A DNA stretch of 63,969 nucleotides, counting the filler, from Kipferlia bialata (Eukaryota): the NCBI GenBank assembly GCA_003568945.1. It is 3 parts of 3 records of this genome, joined end to end, with 100 filler letters (N's around TTAATTAATTAA, not from the genome) between each part and the next. Parts side by side here need not be neighbours in the genome. Positions count along the whole stretch, not along the records: positions 43,162 to 63,969 come from BDIP01000353.1; 2 more parts are not named here. One strand, 5' to 3'. Below, in pieces: positions 63,601 to 63,969 of this stretch. Made by a program: the position numbers and the translations under genes. How positions within the stretch are numbered: the stretch's first letter is position 1; every line of letters begins with the position of its first letter. The notes under the pieces were generated by a model. The model ran no database searches. It saw only the letters and a list, made by a program, of their open reading frames with translations, and was not told the origin of the DNA.

Positions 63601-63969
63601 AGTAGTATATGTATGTAGCATGTACTTTGAGTCCTTGGTGCTCACCTCCAGCCCCGTACCTGTCCACATTCTATTCTGAGACAGAGGGAGAGGGAGAGAC
63701 TGATACTGAGACAGAGACTGAGAGAGAGTCCCGCCGCATGGACTCCCTGCACCTGTCTGCATTCATAGCCAAGCACCCACTCATACTGGTGTGCAGGCAG
63801 AGACAGGTATTTGTAGTTCTATTCATATTTACTATTATATCCAAAGATCTCACCAACAGGACTCCTACCCCCACCACTATGTCTCTCTCTCTCTCTCTCT
63901 GTACACATACCTAACCCCAGGGCTCCTACCCCCACCACTCTGTCTCTCTCTCTGTCTCTCTCTCTCTCT
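43244..63969 (+). CDS. very large hypothetical protein, dozens of short exons, one AT-hook-like motif; partial at both ends
   Basis: Exons join in frame from MADDSSDDSLLGLVT|ANLNIPKEAPKKKK|... onward where I checked. The N-terminus is basic/ER-rich, KPRPRGRPRK lies at 57492-57523, and later exons are helical and Leu-rich. An acceptor precedes ATG 43244 and no stop was seen before the window end. The model spans N gaps at 50036-50981 and 56032-56125. Confidence 0.65.
49059..49352 (+). repeat. three copies of exon 3' end + donor
   Basis: ccctccctggtgcaYctggccaaggcaacactctgcccag|gta occurs near 49060 (true), 49179 and 49310, separated by TA-rich spacers. Confidence 0.95.

Noticed and set aside
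37529..63969. Many 60-270-aa ORFs rich in YIYI, SLSL, CVCV
   Set aside because: Translations of intronic (TA)n/(CT)n/(GT)n or of antisense (GA)n exons; not genes.

Overview
This is eukaryotic, extremely intron-rich DNA, not prokaryotic, so most entries in the supplied ORF track are spurious or single exons. I rebuilt the genes by hand from GT...AG junctions and reading-frame continuity. Four traits point (by inference) to a free-living fornicate/metamonad such as Kipferlia: short exons, a branch point fused to the acceptor (CT[A/C/G/T]AC-N3-5-AG), (CT)n/(TA)n-filled introns and (GA)n-encoded Glu-Arg runs. The window is three unrelated scaffolds joined by artificial 100-bp spacers (44N-TTAATTAATTAA-44N at 21491-21590 and 43062-43161). 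Genes recognised: a bacterial-type DUF1963/YwqG protein split by about 12 introns; a SET/post-SET (SMYD-like) methyltransferase; a small prokaryote-like WRNKW/DDYA protein; two kelch-like proteins; a >2400-aa type I membrane protein with 18+ CUB-like modules; a catalytically dead kinesin-like protein; an R/E/D-rich protein; a Derlin with an odd coiled-coil tail; an FxPxIN-repeat cytoskeletal protein; a WW-domain + LIN1/CD2BP2-like protein; and a >20-kb AT-hook gene of unknown function. The most striking signal is a pervasive system of 'splice-junction echoes'. Introns carry serial copies of their own flanking junctions: exon end+GT copied downstream of the donor, and branch+AG+exon start copied upstream of the acceptor. 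Copies are spaced by microsatellites, sometimes more decayed with distance, and in a few cases have apparently turned into new in-frame micro-exons.
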